Below are positions 62,101-64,000 of a DNA stretch of 64,000 nucleotides, piece after piece. Made by a program: the position numbers and the translations under genes. Source of the stretch: Takakia lepidozioides (taxonomy: Eukaryota; Plantae; Bryophyta). Positions within the stretch are counted from its first letter, which is position 1. Every line of letters starts with the position of its first letter. The DNA is taken from contig CM060733.1 in the NCBI GenBank assembly GCA_030704615.1, positions 34,596,001 through 34,660,000 of the forward strand, read 5' to 3'. The notes under the pieces are model-generated. The model had not been told where the DNA came from. It saw nothing but the letters and a program-made list of their open reading frames with translations, and did not search any database.

Positions 62101-64000
62101 ATCTTTTCATGAGTATCTGGATGATTTCATGCAGTGTTCTTGGATGATTTCAGTGTGTACAGCTCTAAGAATGAGCACTTGCATAAATTGGAGTTATGTT
62201 TGGCCAGATGCAGGATGAGAGGTCTGGGCCTGAATCCAGAGAAGTACTTTCTGTGTGAACTCAGGGGTGCTTTGGGACACATTGTGTGTAAGAGGGACTT
62301 CTTGTGGATCCCAGGAAGACAGAGGCCATTAAAGCCTCTCCACCACCAGTAAATGTTAAGAGTCTAAGGAGATTCCTTGACAAACCAGTTATACAGAAGA
62401 TTTGTCAAAAGTATGCACAGATAGCAGCACCATTGAGCAAGCTTCTGAAGAAAGATGCAGTGTTTGCATGGACAGCTGAATGTCAACAGGCTTTTGAGGA
62501 ACTTACATTGTCAGTAACAACTACACCTGTGCTGATTAACCCTCACTGGCATGTAGTATTTCATGTTCACTGTGATGCCTCAGGAGAAGCGTTGGGAGCG
62601 GTGTTAGCCCAAAATGTTACAGGAAATATAGATTCACCTGTGTACTATGCTAGCAGGTTGATGAACAGTGCTGAAAGGAACTATAGCACAACTGAAAGAG
62701 AAGCACTGGCAATGATTTATGCAGTCAAGAAATTCAGGCATTACCTATTGGGAAGAAAGTTTATGTTTTATGTGGATCACCAGGCTCTGATATATCTGGT
62801 GAACAAACCTTTGATAAGTGGAAGGATAGCAAGGTGTTAATAATCTTGCACAAGTTTGAGTTCGAAGTTGTTTACAAGCCTGGCCGTTTGCATCTTGTGG
62901 TAGATCATTTGTCACGCCTAACAACAGGAGAGTCCACCACAGGAGTAGACGACCAATTACCTGATGCGAGTTTATTTGCAATGGAGGTGCAGGGAAGTGC
63001 AGATGAATGGTTAGATTGGCAGTGGCCAATCAGATACTACCTTACTCATGGTCAGTTCCCACCTAGTTATGGTAAGGAGCAGAGGAAGAGAATCGCTATC
63101 AAGGCTTTACCTTATACTATGGTAGGGGGCAGAATGTATAAGCTAGGACCTGGTGGAGTACTTAAACGATGCTTGTATCACCATGAAGTAAATAAAGTTT
63201 TGGAGGAAGTTCATAAAGGAGTGGCTGGAGGACATTTTGGAGAAGAGACTACCAGTAGGAAGATACTACTTGCAGGTTACTAGTGGCCTACTTTGTTCAA
63301 AGATGTACACAAGTATTGTCAGAGTTGTGATGAATGTCAGAGGCTAGGACCTTTGCAGAGATCCAGGAAGATGGCTTTGCATCCTACGATGCCTACTGAA
63401 CCATTTCAGAAATGGGGACTAGACTTTGTTGGACCAATTAACCCACCAGCCAAGAATACACAGAACAAGTACATAATTACAGCCACTGATTATACTACGA
63501 AGTGGGTGGAAGCTCAAGCTCTGAGGGACAACACAGCCAAGTCCACAGCAAGGTTCCTGTATAAGAACATACTTACACGATTTGGCTGTCCCCTGGAATT
63601 TATCAGTGACAGGGAAGTCACTTCATTAATGAGACCATTGAACTATTGACTAAAGAGTTCATGATTGTGCATAGGAAAAGTACAACATATTACCCACAGG
63701 GTAATGGGCAGGCAGAGGCTACCAACAAAATACTATGTACTATCTTGGCTAAGATAGTCAATGCAAACAACGGATTGGGATACAAAGCTGCTGACAGCTT
63801 TGTGGTCATACATGACTTCATATAAAGTCACCACTACACCATTCCAATTAGTTTATGGTATGGAAGCTTTACTTCCAGTGGAATTCTTGTTACCTACCAT
63901 GAGAACTGAATGGGGAAAGAGAATGGAATTGGAAGATTCAATTAAGGTCAGGAAACATGAATTATACCATGTGGAAGAAGTACGTGCTGATGCAGCTAAT
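59200..64000 (+). mobile_element. Degenerate conventional Ty3/Gypsy gag-pol with no DNMT, running off the window
   Basis: Gag QLKQKKHETVEEY, knuckles CAKCQNEGH/CTICKMDNH/CYYCNQAGH, protease LIDGGSGVN, RT MDGFSGYNQ/MPFGLCNAPATFQ/FLDD, RH VHCDASG/NYSTTEREAL, IN WGLDFVGP/ISD. Many frameshifts; LTR not delimited. Confidence 0.93.

Overview
Eukaryotic, TE-dense plant genomic DNA with spliceosomal introns and plant gene families. Host genes are one apparently intact malectin-like LRR receptor kinase (minus strand, ~10.7-20.0 kb), a Copia-disrupted BAHD acyltransferase pseudogene and a truncated CYP85-clan P450 fragment. Almost everything else is nested transposons: Copia, an L1/Tx1-type LINE split by two CACTA elements and a non-autonomous LTR element, a GCM-like/MULE transposase, hAT MITEs and an ordinary Ty3/Gypsy. 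The standout is a young 12.7-kb Ty3/Gypsy-type retroelement (27463-40183, 4-bp TSD ACCC). Its polyprotein runs Gag-protease-[complete DNMT3-like C5 cytosine methyltransferase]-UAG CAA CCA-RT-RNaseH-integrase-PHD finger. It lacks normal paired LTRs and instead has a split A...B-A-B arrangement with a 10-bp palindromic junction (GACAGCTGTC) that matches its two termini. In place of a tRNA PBS it has a putative self-priming site supported by a compensatory change. A second, diverged family member with the same left terminus is inserted in the Copia at the left edge of the window. All of this was read by eye; no searches or alignments were run.
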